From: an uncultured Thermoleophilia bacterium
Lineage (GTDB): Bacteria > Actinomycetota > Thermoleophilia > UBA2241
Reading direction: 5' to 3'
Assembly: GCA_963702475.1 (NCBI GenBank)
Contig: CAVPCT010000004.1
Span: forward strand, 224,001-288,000
DNA: 64,000 bases
Shown here: positions 18,130 through 32,899 of the stretch, piece by piece
Layout of the letters: the number at the start of each line of letters is the position of its first letter
How positions within the stretch are numbered: position 1 is the stretch's first letter
Notes under the pieces: model-generated
What the model saw: only the letters and a program-made list of their open reading frames with translations
Databases searched by the model: none
What the model was told of the DNA's origin: nothing
Position numbers and translations under genes: made by a program

Positions 18130-18380
18130 GCACGCTCGTCCTGTGGGCTACCCGGGGACAACAGGTTGACGTTCTCCCGAAGGACGCCCAAATCGGGTAA
18201 GCTTCCTCCCGATAGGAGGGCCGCGGCCGGCGACGTGCGGCGTTCTGCACACCACGTCCACAGTTCTGTACGGAGCACCGCCGTTCGCGTCGAGCAGGGA
18301 GATCAGCACCTTTCCACATCGTCAACATGGGCTGTGACGATGGCGAGTGGAGAAGTATCTTCTCTTTATTGTCATAAGGA
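18130..18380. other. dnaA-dnaN intergenic region with degenerate DnaA boxes (possible oriC unwinding part)
   Basis: CGTCCACA ~18255, CTTTCCACA 18310-18318 followed by TCGTCAACA, and an AT-rich patch at 18351-18376. Confidence 0.5.
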
Positions 18381-18386
18381 GTCGGG

Positions 18387-19499
18387 ATGAAGCTCACGTG
18401 TGACCGGTCGGCACTGGTCGACAAACTCGCCATCCTCTCCCGTGGCGTGTCCACGCGTCTCGTGCTGCCTGTGCTTTCGGGCATCCTGGTCCAAGCCTCC
18501 GAGGGGCGCATCGAACTCTTCTCCACCGACATGGAGATCTCGATCAAGGCCTCTCTCGGTGCCGAGATCGAGCAGGAGGGTGAGATCGTCGTTCCTGCTC
18601 GGCTCTTCAGCGACATCGTGCGCAACCTCCCAGGCGACGCGGTCACCCTTGAGGCCGGTGAGACCACCGTGAACATCTCCGGCGGTCACGCCCGCTTCAC
18701 GCTGAACGCCTGGTCGGCCAGCGACTTCCCGCAGACCTCCACCTTCGACATGACGGGCTCGTTCGTCGTCGGTCGCGAGCCGTTCGTCGAGACGCTGAGC
18801 AAGGTGGGCCGCGCCGCTTCGCGCGACGAGACGCGGCCCATCCTCACCGGCGTGCTCATGACCATCGCCGGCGACGAGCTACGCATGGTCGCCACCGACA
18901 GCTACCGGCTCGCCGTCAAGAAGACCCGGCTCGAGACCGCACTGCCGTCCGAGGTCGAGGCCATCGTCCCGGTCAAGGCATTGGGCGAGGTCGCGCGGCT
19001 CGCCGGTTCCATGGGAGAGGGGCAGCTCGAGGTCGCGATCGGCGAGAACCAGGCGCTCTTCAAAGTCGGCGACGACGCCAGCCAGGTGCTCATAGCCTCA
19101 CGCCTCGTGGAGGGACAGTTCCCAAGCTACCGTCAGCTCATCCCCGACTCGTTCGACCACGAGGTCACGCTCGCCAAGGACGACTTCGTGGCGGCGGCGC
19201 GGCGCGTCAGCTTGCTGGCGCAGAAGAACGCGCCCCTGCGCCTCACCTTCGCGGCACACAGCCTCACGATGAGGGCCCTCACGCAGGACGTCGGGCAGGC
19301 CGAAGAGTCGCTGGACATCGAGTTCGACGGCGAATCCTTCGAGATCGGTTTCAACCCTGCCTACCTCATCGAGGGCATCGATGCGTTGGACGACGCCTCC
19401 GTGACGCTGCAGTTCACGAACCCGCTCAGGCCCGGCCTCATCACCGACGCCGAGCGCACCTTCACGTACCTCATCATGCCGATCCGCCTGAGTAGCTGA
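18387..19499 (+). CDS. dnaN: DNA polymerase III beta sliding clamp
   Basis: 'LPVLSGIL', 'TDMEISI', 'RPILTGV', 'VATDSYRLA', 'IGFNPAYL', 'YLIMPIRL'. Confidence 0.97.
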   Translation: MKLTCDRSALVDKLAILSRGVSTRLVLPVLSGILVQASEGRIELFSTDMEISIKASLGAEIEQEGEIVVPARLFSDIVRNLPGDAVTLEAGETTVNISGGHARFTLNAWSASDFPQTSTFDMTGSFVVGREPFVETLSKVGRAASRDETRPILTGVLMTIAGDELRMVATDSYRLAVKKTRLETALPSEVEAIVPVKALGEVARLAGSMGEGQLEVAIGENQALFKVGDDASQVLIASRLVEGQFPSYRQLIPDSFDHEVTLAKDDFVAAARRVSLLAQKNAPLRLTFAAHSLTMRALTQDVGQAEESLDIEFDGESFEIGFNPAYLIEGIDALDDASVTLQFTNPLRPGLITDAERTFTYLIMPIRLSS

Positions 19500-19711
19500 A
19501 CGAAGTCACCGTCAGCGGCCCCCTGCCGCTGGGGGCGTTCCTCAAGGTGGCCGGGGCGGCGTCCACCGGCGGTCACGCGAAGTTGCTCGTCCAGGAGGGC
19601 CAGGTCACGGTGAACGGCGAGATCGAGACCCGCCGCGGACGAAGCCTCAGACCGGGCGATATCGTGGGCGTCGGCGGTGAGGAGTACCGCGTGTGTTCGT
19701 CTCCCGCCTGA
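19496..19711 (+). CDS. yaaA: S4-domain RNA-binding protein YaaA (71 aa, probable CTG start; absent from ORF track)
   Basis: Translation (L/M)NEVTVSGPLPLGAFLKVAGAASTGGHAKLLVQEGQVTVNGEIETRRGRSLRPGDIV...; conserved position between dnaN and recF. Confidence 0.88.
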   Translation: MNEVTVSGPLPLGAFLKVAGAASTGGHAKLLVQEGQVTVNGEIETRRGRSLRPGDIVGVGGEEYRVCSSPA

Positions 19712-20979
19712 GGCTCGTCAACTTCCGCTCCTACTGCGACGCCTCGGTGCGCTTCGGCGACGGGCTCAACGTCGTCGTCGGCCAGAACGCCACAGGCAAG
19801 ACCAACCTGCTCGAGGGCGCCTGGTTCGCGCTGCGTGGGGCCTCGCCACGCACGCGCCGTGAGGAGAAGCTCATCACCTGGGGTCAGCGGTACACGCGGG
19901 TCGAGCTCGAGCTCGAGGGGGTGGCGGCAGGCGTGCAGCGCGCCGACGTCGCCTACGCGATCGGCCAAGGGAAGCGCGCACGCTGGAACGGCGTGGATGT
20001 ACCCTCGCAAGAGGACCTGCGCTCCCGCAGTCAGGTGTTCATCTTCGTACCCGAGAGCCTGTTGCTGGTGAAGGGCAGCCCGGCGCGGCGACGCGCGCAC
20101 CTCGACGCCTTCGCCGCCGTGCTGGACCCGCAGTACTCGGCCGCCGCGCGCGACCTGCAGACCGCGCTGCGCCAGCGTAATGCGCAACTGCTGGCCATGA
20201 AGCACGGCGCAAGCGCCGCCGCCCTGGACCCGTGGGACGTGCAGTTCTCGCGGGCGGCCGTGGAGCTGGGGCGCCGACGCCGCGCCCTGGTCGACGAGCT
20301 TGGCGTGCTCTTCGCCGAGATCGCCGCCGCGCTGGCGCCGGCCGGCGGCGTGTTCGGCCTGCAGCTCGTCGCCCAGCTCGCGACAGTCGGGTACGACGAC
20401 GAGGCCCTGATTGACGAGCTGCGCGCGCGCCGGCCGGGCGAGACGAGTCGCGGCCTCTCGCTGTTCGGACCTCACCGCGATGATCTGCGCTTCGTCGAGC
20501 TCGCGGCTGCAGATGCGGAGGGCAGCGGCGCGGCGGCGGCCGATCCGGACGGCGCGGCGGCGGCGGGACCGTTGCAGGACGTCTGCGCCACCGGCCCTGT
20601 CTGCGGCCCCGTGCAGCTGCCGCGCGGAGGGCGCGATCTGCGGCTGTTCGGCTCGCAGGGCGAGCAGCGCGCCGCGGTGCTGGCGCTGCTCCTCGCGGAG
20701 CAGCGCCTGGCCGCGGCTCGTTCCGGCGTGCGCGGCACGCTCTTCCTGGACGACGTCATGAGCGAGCTCGACGACGCCCGGCGGCGGCTTCTGGTGGCCA
20801 TGCTGGCCGCCGCCGGTCAGGCCATCATCACCACCACCAACCGGCAGTATTTCACCGCGGAGGAGCTCGAGCGGGCGGCGGTCATCGAGCTGCCGCTCGA
20901 CGGTTCTGTGGTGCCGGGCGCCGTCACGCCGCCGGCCGATGGACCCGGCCCCGCCCCGCCGGACCCGGCGGCACAGTAG
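19693..20979 (+). CDS. recF: DNA replication/repair protein RecF
   Basis: 'NFRSY', 'GQNATGKTNLLE', 'GPHRDDL', 'GSQGEQR', 'LDDVMSELD'. Confidence 0.95.
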   Translation: MFVSRLRLVNFRSYCDASVRFGDGLNVVVGQNATGKTNLLEGAWFALRGASPRTRREEKLITWGQRYTRVELELEGVAAGVQRADVAYAIGQGKRARWNGVDVPSQEDLRSRSQVFIFVPESLLLVKGSPARRRAHLDAFAAVLDPQYSAAARDLQTALRQRNAQLLAMKHGASAAALDPWDVQFSRAAVELGRRRRALVDELGVLFAEIAAALAPAGGVFGLQLVAQLATVGYDDEALIDELRARRPGETSRGLSLFGPHRDDLRFVELAAADAEGSGAAAADPDGAAAAGPLQDVCATGPVCGPVQLPRGGRDLRLFGSQGEQRAAVLALLLAEQRLAAARSGVRGTLFLDDVMSELDDARRRLLVAMLAAAGQAIITTTNRQYFTAEELERAAVIELPLDGSVVPGAVTPPADGPGPAPPDPAAQ

Positions 20980-21153
20980 GAGCGACCGACCCGGGCCTCC
21001 CCCCGGCCACCTGGCGCTCTCCCGTCCGGCCCGTGTCTCCCCAGCACGCCGGCACCCGCGGCCGCGGCGAACACTGTGGCCGCCAGGGAGTCGGCTACAA
21101 TCGAAAGGTGGCGGCTACGAGATGCGCGGCCGCTGAGAGGGAGGGAGGTCGTC

Positions 21154-22167
21154 ATGGCGGCTCAGGTCTCGCGTGGTCGCGCGCGCTCCACACAGGTCAT
21201 CCTGGTGCTCGCTCTGCTCGCGGCGGCCGCGCTCACCGTCGTGGGCGTCGCGGCCGCGTCCGGCGGCACACGGCCTCTCGCGGACACGTCTGCGGGGGCT
21301 GCTGAGTCGCCGTCCGCCGCTGTGGCCGGCGCCGCGGGGCCGCCCGTCAACGTCATCCTCTTCGGCTGGGACGGCGCCCAGCGCGCCCACGTCAAGGAGT
21401 GCCTCTCAAGGGGCGAGCTCCCGACTCTCATGAGCATCGCGGACAAGGGTCGTCTCGTGGCCGTCGACGTCGTACGTACCACGGACACCAAGTCCGGGTG
21501 GGCACAGATCCTCACCGGCTACCAGCCCGAGAAGACGGGCGTCTTCAGCAACAGCCGGTACCAGCCCATCCCAGAGGGCTACACCATCTTCGAGCGCCTG
21601 GAGAAGTCGTACGGGGAGAAGTTCGTCACGGTGGCGGTCATCGCCAAGAAGGACCACGTGGGCAACGGCGAGGGCCTGCCCTACGCCAACGCGAGCGCAC
21701 ACATGGACCATTTCGACGGCGGCCTGCTGCAGAACGAGGTGGTGGCCGAACGAGCGATGCTCTACCTCGAGCGGTACAGGGACAGGCCGTTCTTCTTCTT
21801 CGTTCACTTCGCGCAGCCCGACACCTCTGGTCACGCCCAGGGCGAGAACTCGCAGGAGTACACGGACGGGCTCATCTCGGACGACTACTGGACGGGCCGG
21901 GTCCTCGCCAGGCTCAAGGCGCTGGGGCTCAGCGGCAAGACGGCGATCTACATCACGGCCGACCACGGATTCGACGAGGGGCTGAAGAGCCACAACGACG
22001 CGCCGTATGTGTTCCTCGCGACCACCGACAAGGCCGTTGAGCGGAGGGGGCTGCGCGAGGATATCGCGCCGACGATATACGACCGCCTCGGGATCAAGAG
22101 GAGTGCCGTCTCGCCCGAGCTGGACGGGCGTTCGTTGCGCAGCGCCTACAGAGCGCCGCTGTGGTGA
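21154..22167 (+). CDS. Secreted alkaline phosphatase superfamily protein (phosphodiesterase/sulfatase-like)
   Basis: Signal/TM helix, 'NVILFGWDG', 'FVHFAQPDTSGH', 'ITADHG', 'DIAPTI'. Confidence 0.8.
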   Translation: MAAQVSRGRARSTQVILVLALLAAAALTVVGVAAASGGTRPLADTSAGAAESPSAAVAGAAGPPVNVILFGWDGAQRAHVKECLSRGELPTLMSIADKGRLVAVDVVRTTDTKSGWAQILTGYQPEKTGVFSNSRYQPIPEGYTIFERLEKSYGEKFVTVAVIAKKDHVGNGEGLPYANASAHMDHFDGGLLQNEVVAERAMLYLERYRDRPFFFFVHFAQPDTSGHAQGENSQEYTDGLISDDYWTGRVLARLKALGLSGKTAIYITADHGFDEGLKSHNDAPYVFLATTDKAVERRGLREDIAPTIYDRLGIKRSAVSPELDGRSLRSAYRAPLW

Positions 22168-22694
22168 GCGGCGGGGCTCCGCGGGGCCGCGCCGGTCGGG
22201 CGAGCCGGTCGGGCGAGCCCCGTCGCGTCGGCGACATCCTGGCCCCGGCGCTGGGTCAGCTCGCCGGGTCTGCCCAGGCGCGCGCGTACGGCGCCTGGGC
22301 GCGCGCCGCAGGTGACCAGGTGTCCGGCGGCGCGCGTCCGCGCAACTTCGCGCGCGGTACCCTTACGGTGGAGTGCTCATCGTCCGTCTGGGCCAACGAG
22401 CTCACGTATCTGAGCGCCGAGATCCTGCGGCGCATGGACGCGGTGGCGCCCGGCCACCCCGTCACGAAGCTTCGCTTCCTGGTCGCTTCGGCCCCGGCCG
22501 TGCAGGAGCCTGAGGCCCCAGCGGCGAAGGATGAGCAGAGACACGCGAGGCCCGGGCCGCCGGACTACGGCGACGCCCGGGCGCAGGCGGAAGGGGTGCG
22601 CGATGAGCGGCTCCGGGCGGCCATCGAGGCCGTCCTCAGGCCTGCCGGGAAGGGGTCTGGTCGGACCCCCGATCGACCCCCCCGACGCAGTTGA
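22164..22694 (+). CDS. dciA: DUF721/DciA family helicase-loading protein
   Basis: 'GTLTVECSSSVWANELTY...ILRRM...VTKLRF'; usual location upstream of gyrB. Confidence 0.8.
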   Translation: MSGGAPRGRAGRASRSGEPRRVGDILAPALGQLAGSAQARAYGAWARAAGDQVSGGARPRNFARGTLTVECSSSVWANELTYLSAEILRRMDAVAPGHPVTKLRFLVASAPAVQEPEAPAAKDEQRHARPGPPDYGDARAQAEGVRDERLRAAIEAVLRPAGKGSGRTPDRPPRRS

Positions 22695-22830
22695 CAAAAA
22701 CACGGGATTTGCGGCGGTTTTTGTCGTATCTCAGGCTCGCCCCGAGGCTCACCGTCTGATATACTCACAAAGGCAGGACGAGCCTGCCTGCGCCCCTCCG
22801 CGTATCCCCCTCGGCACAGAGCGAGGTTGA

Positions 22831-27700
<4,870 letters not shown>

Positions 27701-27796
27701 CCGCTGGAGGCGGCGAAGCCGCCGGACGGGGGTCAACGTGCGGTGCGCCGTCGGGCACACCGCACGAGCCCGCGACGGCATCGGTGGAGGCGCGGG

Positions 27797-29362
27797 TCAT
27801 GGATGCCGTCGGCCGCCGCATACGAACGGCCGGCGGCCGAGGCGTTCAACGCCTCTCGACGCTACCTGCCGGCTGAGTCCATCCTGGGCTGACCTGCCCT
27901 TCTCGCCGTCGCAGTCGCCCCCGGCCGAGGGGCGGGCGAGCGGATGCGCCGCCCGACGTCCCCTCAGGGCTCGCGGCACGAAGTGCTCGCCGGCGACGAA
28001 GTCCTCGACGGTCCGCCGCTTGGCGATCTGCCGCAGGCCGGCCTCGGTGACCATGTAGGCGCCGGCCTGGTCGCGGCCGTTGTAGGCGCTCATGCACTCC
28101 AGCGAGTAGGCGCCCACGTCGAGGAACGCGATCACGTCGCCGGGCTCGCTGTCGACCGGGAGGTGGCGGAAGGCGGAGCCGGGGTCGCCGGTGTAGACGT
28201 CCCCTCCATCACAGAGCGGTCCGCCGAGTCTGAATGGTCGCACCGGTGGCTTGTTGCAGCGGTTGGCGACCACGGCGCGGAAGTACCAGTGGTAGCTGGA
28301 GTGCTCGAGGATGGTGTTGAAGCCGGCGTCCACCATGAGCCAGTCCTCACGCTGGATGCGGCCCGGGGCGGCCTCGATCATCTTGCTCTTCTCGGCTTCA
28401 ACGCGCGTGACGAGGATGGCCGTGTTGCCGGCGATGGCCCGGCCCGGCTCCAGGAAGAGCTGCGTGCCGGGCCGGGCCGCGTGAAAGGACTCTGCGATCG
28501 CCCGGCCGTAGCCCTCCAGGGTGTGTGGGGCCTCGAAGTAGGTGTCGGGTTCGTCGCCGCTGCGGTCGTAGTAGGGGATGGCCAGACCGCCGCCGATGTC
28601 GAGGTGCTCCAGGCGTAGCTCGTGGGCCCTTTCCACGCGATCGAGGAGCGCGAGGCCTCTCCCGAGGGCCTCGAGGAAGGGGGCTATGTGCGTGATCTGA
28701 GACCCGATGTGGTAGTGCATGCCGACGAGCTGCACGCCCGGCAGCCGGACCGCGAGGCCGAATGCCCCGATGGCCTCGTTCACGTCGATGCCGGCCTTGG
28801 CGCCGGCGCTGGTGCGCAGGCCCGGGTGGGTCTCCGTGGCGACGTTGAGGTCCACGCGGAGTGAGACCCGGGCCTGCACGCCCAGGTCGGCGGCCACATC
28901 GGCCACCATGCGAAGCTCGAAGACGGAGTCGACCACGATGGCCTCGATGGGCGGCTGTAGCGCGGCCGCGATCTCATCGCGAGTCTTGGCATTGCCGTTG
29001 AAGATGATCTGCCGCGACTCGAAGCCGGCGCGGCGAGCCTTCCACAGCTCACCGCCCGAGTTCACCTCCACGTCGATACCGGCGCGCCGCACACGGTCCA
29101 GGAACCAGAGGTTGGAGCAGGCCTTGCTGGCGTAGAAGACACGTGTGCCGGTGTGGTAGGGCCGGAAGGCGTCGCGGACGGCGTTCACGTTGCGGTCGAT
29201 CTGCGCCGCGCTGAAAAGGAAGAACGGCGTGGGGGTGGTGTCCGCCATCGAGGCCACGTCCAGCCCGTCGAAGCGCATGCGGCCGCGCTCGCAGGTGATG
29301 ACGTCCTTCATCGGGTCGGCGATGCGCGCGAACTCCACGTCGCACTGCGGGGCGTCGTCCAT
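27797..29362 (-). CDS. Group IV PLP-dependent decarboxylase (diaminopimelate decarboxylase-like)
   Basis: 'FYASKAC' (PLP Lys), 'HYHIGSQ', 'LDIGGG', 'LEPGR', 'GPLCDGGD', 'GAY...MSAYNGR'. Confidence 0.85.
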   Translation of the reverse strand: MDDAPQCDVEFARIADPMKDVITCERGRMRFDGLDVASMADTTPTPFFLFSAAQIDRNVNAVRDAFRPYHTGTRVFYASKACSNLWFLDRVRRAGIDVEVNSGGELWKARRAGFESRQIIFNGNAKTRDEIAAALQPPIEAIVVDSVFELRMVADVAADLGVQARVSLRVDLNVATETHPGLRTSAGAKAGIDVNEAIGAFGLAVRLPGVQLVGMHYHIGSQITHIAPFLEALGRGLALLDRVERAHELRLEHLDIGGGLAIPYYDRSGDEPDTYFEAPHTLEGYGRAIAESFHAARPGTQLFLEPGRAIAGNTAILVTRVEAEKSKMIEAAPGRIQREDWLMVDAGFNTILEHSSYHWYFRAVVANRCNKPPVRPFRLGGPLCDGGDVYTGDPGSAFRHLPVDSEPGDVIAFLDVGAYSLECMSAYNGRDQAGAYMVTEAGLRQIAKRRTVEDFVAGEHFVPRALRGRRAAHPLARPSAGGDCDGEKGRSAQDGLSRQVASRGVERLGRRPFVCGGRRHP

Positions 29363-29407
29363 AGGTGGCCTCTCCTCGCTCGTGGTGGGTCGCGGGGCGC
29401 GGCGTGC

Positions 29408-30184
29408 TCAGGTCGGCCCGGCGCCGGCCCGGCGGGCGCGCACGAGCACACCGCCGAGGGATCCGTCGCGCACGCGGCCGAGGACGGCGTCGTACTCGGC
29501 CGCGACGAAGTCGTACCAGTCGCCGTCGAAGGTGCGGGTGATCTCGTCGCGCTTGCCGGCGATGCGCCGGCACAGGTCCTCGTACCAGACGAGGAACCTG
29601 GGGCTGAGGTCGCGGAGTTCCGTGAGGCGCCAGCCGGCGGCCGCAAGCCGGCGCGGCAGGTCGCCGGGCCGGAGCGGCCGCCACCACGCGAAGCTCTTGC
29701 GCGACGGCGCCGCCTCGGCGAAGCGTCCGGCAGGGTCGGAGTACTCGAACAGGCGCAGCTCGCCGCCGGGAGCAGCCAGCGCGGCGAGTTGCGAGAAGAC
29801 CGCATCCTTGTCCGGGACCGCGTAGAGCGCGGTCATGGAGTACGCAAGGACGAACGGGCCGGTCAGGGTCTCGGCGGCCCGTTGCAGGTCACCTTCGACG
29901 ATGGTCACGGCGGGATGCCGCTCGCGGGCGAGGCGCACCGTCTCGGCGTCGACCTCGAGGCCCGTCACGACGCCGAAGCCCTGCGCCTGCACCCAGGCGG
30001 CCGTACCGCCGGCGCCGCACCCCGCGTCCAGGATGCGGCGGTCCGGATCGGGCGCGAGCCCGGCGAAGAGGAGGCGGTTCGCCTCCTCTTCGCCGGGATG
30101 TGCGTAGTCGGCGTCGCGGATGAGCGCGAGCAGGCGTTTGCCCGTCGCGCTGTTCATGGCGAGCTGATCCACCAGCTTCTTCAT
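29408..30184 (-). CDS. Class I SAM-dependent methyltransferase (PEAMT/SDMT-like)
   Basis: 'HPGEEEA...RILDAGCGAGG' motif I; 'LAAPGGELRL'. Confidence 0.85.
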   Translation of the reverse strand: MKKLVDQLAMNSATGKRLLALIRDADYAHPGEEEANRLLFAGLAPDPDRRILDAGCGAGGTAAWVQAQGFGVVTGLEVDAETVRLARERHPAVTIVEGDLQRAAETLTGPFVLAYSMTALYAVPDKDAVFSQLAALAAPGGELRLFEYSDPAGRFAEAAPSRKSFAWWRPLRPGDLPRRLAAAGWRLTELRDLSPRFLVWYEDLCRRIAGKRDEITRTFDGDWYDFVAAEYDAVLGRVRDGSLGGVLVRARRAGAGPT

Positions 30185-30202
30185 GTCCGCGCGCGGCGAG
30201 CC

Positions 30203-32899
30203 TCAGATGAGCCCGTGCAGCTGCTGCACGAGCGGCTCGAAGTCCGGCCCCTTGAAGCAGTACTGCAGCTCGGTGAACCGGCTGCGAAGGTCTGCGACCG
30301 CTTCACTCACACGGGCGCCGTCGTTGACGGCGGCGGCCATCAGCTCGGCCACGGCGACGAAGTCCGCCGGCCCCATGCCGAAGCGTGTCATCTCCGAGAC
30401 GCCGAGTCGCAGGGCGCCCGAGGCGGTGAAGCCCTCTTCGTCGGGCGCCGCCTGGTAGTTGCAGACGATGTTGTTGGCCTCGAGGCGGCCGGCGACCTCG
30501 GGGCCGCGCCCGTAGCCGACGCGCACGATGACCTGGTGCGTCTCGGTGTAGTCGACGGCGGGATCGCCGGCCACGTCCAGCCCGGCCTCCTTGAGCGCCA
30601 CGGCGAAGGCCTTCGCGTTGCGGAGCACGGCCCGCTGATACTCGTCGCGGAAGTGGTTCATCTCGTAGGCCGCCATGAGCAGGCCCAGCAGCGTACCGAG
30701 GTGGTGGTTGCTCACCGACCCGGGGAACGCGCGCCGTTCGATCGCCTCCCAGAGGTCGTACTTCTCCTCCGTCTCCTCCCAACGGGCGCCGATGATGCCG
30801 CGCTGCGTGCCGAAGAACGTCTTGTGGGTCGATCCCGTGACGAGGTCTGCGCCCTCCCTGAACGGCTCCTGGAAGTGCGGGCCGACGAGGCCGAGCACGT
30901 GGGCCATGTCGTACATCAGCACGCAAGGGATGTCGGTCTCGTCGAGGAAGGTGCGCACCTCGTAGACCGGTTCCGGGTGCAGCACCATGCTCTTGCCGAG
31001 GATGATGAGCTCCGGGCGCTCCTGCTCGATGAGGTCGAGGAGCGCCGCAACGTCCGGTTTGTACGGATTGTCGGGCAGCACGGGGATGTCGACCACGGCT
31101 GGCAGCTCGGTTCGCGGATCGCGGGCCACATAGTCGCGCAGGGCGCCCATGGGCTGGGCGCTCAGGTGGCCGCCGCGGGCGATGTGGTTGTTGACCACCT
31201 TGGCGATGCGGCGCGGCTCGGCCTTGCGGTCGGCGCGGTTCAGGTAGTCGACCATGGCGCTGAACACAGCCGTGTTGGCCATCTGGCCGCTGATGACGCG
31301 AGTCTCCACCTCGAGGCAGCCGAGAAACGCACGCAGCTCGCTTCTGAGGAGCCGCTCCACCTCGTGGATGAAGCCTGTGCCCTGATAGTAGAAGACCTCC
31401 AGGTCGTAGAACGCCTCGGTCTTCTTGTGCTCGGCGTAGCGGAAGGACGGGTCCATCACGGAGAGCAGGCGCACCATCGGCGAGGCCGTCATCTCCGAGG
31501 GGATGAGGTCGATGCACTCAGACTGCCGCCACTCGTGGTTGGCGGCGGCGCCGCGCAACAGACGCAGCGCCTTCTCGCCGGCCTCGCCGCCCTCCAGCTC
31601 CGTGAGCTGGGGCGTGTAGTCCCAGACGATGGCGCGAGCGCACGGCGGCGCGTCGCTGCGCAGGTGGTACGGGACCACCAGCCCCGGCACACGGCGGCCG
31701 CGCACGTCGAGCTCGACCTCGTCGTCCTCGACCACGCGGCTGTCGATATACGCCAGGGCGATGGACCGCAGGTCGTGCTCGTCGGTGCGCGTGGAGCACA
31801 GGCCCTCGCCCTCGACGCCCCAGTACGGCACTGCCGTCCCGCTGGTCACCCAGCCGAGCGGCTCGCCGTCCTGGCTCAGGACGGTGGAGCCCTCGCGGGC
31901 GATGCCGCGCCCGGTCACGGCCACCGGCCGTGTGAGGCGCGGCAGGGCGCGGATGTCCGAATAGTCACGCGCCAGGATGCGGGCGTACGCCTCGTGCTGC
32001 GCCTTGAGGGACTCTCGCCCGACGTACTCGCCCTTGCGCGGCGAGAAGCTGACCGCGAACGTGGCCAAGGGGCAGCTCATGATGGGGATCTCGTTGCCCT
32101 CCGGGTCGAGCCCGAGCTCGTGGCCGTACAGCGGCAGGCCGGCCTCGAGACGCAGGGTATCGCGGGCGCCCAGCCCTACGGGGGTGGCGCCGCTCGCCAC
32201 CAGGGCGTCCCACACGGCTGGTCCGTCTTCGGAGGGCGTGAAGAGCTCGAAGCACAGGGGCTCGCCTGTGTACCCCGTGCGCGCGAGCCTGACGCGTACG
32301 TGCCGGTCGCCTGCACCTGCAGGGTCGGGGACCTTCATCGTCGCGACGCTCAGTTCGTTGCGGAACGGGTCGGGCAGCGAGCCGTGCTCGATCAGGCCGG
32401 CCAGCACATCGCGCGACGCCTGCCCTTGCAGTGCCAGCATGGCGATCTCGCCGGTCTCGTCCGTCAGGTCGACGTCCGGGAACCCCTCGAGATGCCGCTC
32501 GAGGTGCTCCCAGTCCTTCACGCGGTTGGCCGCGTTCACGACGAGCAGGAACTCGCCGTCCACGAAGCGGTACAGGTAGGCATCGTCGACCGCGCCGCCG
32601 GTGGGAGTGGGCACGATCGTGTACTGAGCCTGGAGCAGGTCGAGCGCCTCGGCGTTGTTGGTCAGGACGTGCTGCAGGAAGGCCGCCGAGCCGGGCCCGC
32701 GCAACACGAAGCGGCCCATGTGTGAGACGTCGAACAGGCCGGCGCTGCTGCGCGTGGCCAGGTGCTCGGCCAAGATGCCGCTCGGGTACTGCACCGGCAT
32801 CTCCCAGCCGCCGAAATCCACGAGCCGGGCGCCGGCCTCCACGTGCCGTTCGAAGAACGGAGTGCGGAGAAGGCTCCCGCCGGGCGCCGAGCCGCTCAT
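30203..32899 (-). CDS. Fusion of GcvT-like aminomethyltransferase and serine hydroxymethyltransferase-like domain
   Basis: N-terminal 'FGGWEMPVQY', 'FDVSHMG', 'RTGYTGE', 'GLGARDTLRLEAG'; C-terminal 'IDLIPSE', 'YDMAHVLGL', 'GSTHKTFFG', 'LRLGVSEMTRFG'; ATGA overlap with the upstream gene. Confidence 0.9.
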   Translation of the reverse strand: MSGSAPGGSLLRTPFFERHVEAGARLVDFGGWEMPVQYPSGILAEHLATRSSAGLFDVSHMGRFVLRGPGSAAFLQHVLTNNAEALDLLQAQYTIVPTPTGGAVDDAYLYRFVDGEFLLVVNAANRVKDWEHLERHLEGFPDVDLTDETGEIAMLALQGQASRDVLAGLIEHGSLPDPFRNELSVATMKVPDPAGAGDRHVRVRLARTGYTGEPLCFELFTPSEDGPAVWDALVASGATPVGLGARDTLRLEAGLPLYGHELGLDPEGNEIPIMSCPLATFAVSFSPRKGEYVGRESLKAQHEAYARILARDYSDIRALPRLTRPVAVTGRGIAREGSTVLSQDGEPLGWVTSGTAVPYWGVEGEGLCSTRTDEHDLRSIALAYIDSRVVEDDEVELDVRGRRVPGLVVPYHLRSDAPPCARAIVWDYTPQLTELEGGEAGEKALRLLRGAAANHEWRQSECIDLIPSEMTASPMVRLLSVMDPSFRYAEHKKTEAFYDLEVFYYQGTGFIHEVERLLRSELRAFLGCLEVETRVISGQMANTAVFSAMVDYLNRADRKAEPRRIAKVVNNHIARGGHLSAQPMGALRDYVARDPRTELPAVVDIPVLPDNPYKPDVAALLDLIEQERPELIILGKSMVLHPEPVYEVRTFLDETDIPCVLMYDMAHVLGLVGPHFQEPFREGADLVTGSTHKTFFGTQRGIIGARWEETEEKYDLWEAIERRAFPGSVSNHHLGTLLGLLMAAYEMNHFRDEYQRAVLRNAKAFAVALKEAGLDVAGDPAVDYTETHQVIVRVGYGRGPEVAGRLEANNIVCNYQAAPDEEGFTASGALRLGVSEMTRFGMGPADFVAVAELMAAAVNDGARVSEAVADLRSRFTELQYCFKGPDFEPLVQQLHGLI

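Noticed and set aside
29153-32725. Very long antisense ORFs (also 43151-46030 +, 25184-27781 -, 22765-24891 -, 15895-17997 -, 53778-55967 +)
   Set aside because: Shadow frames of well-supported genes, expected in high-GC DNA with few stop codons; no protein motifs.
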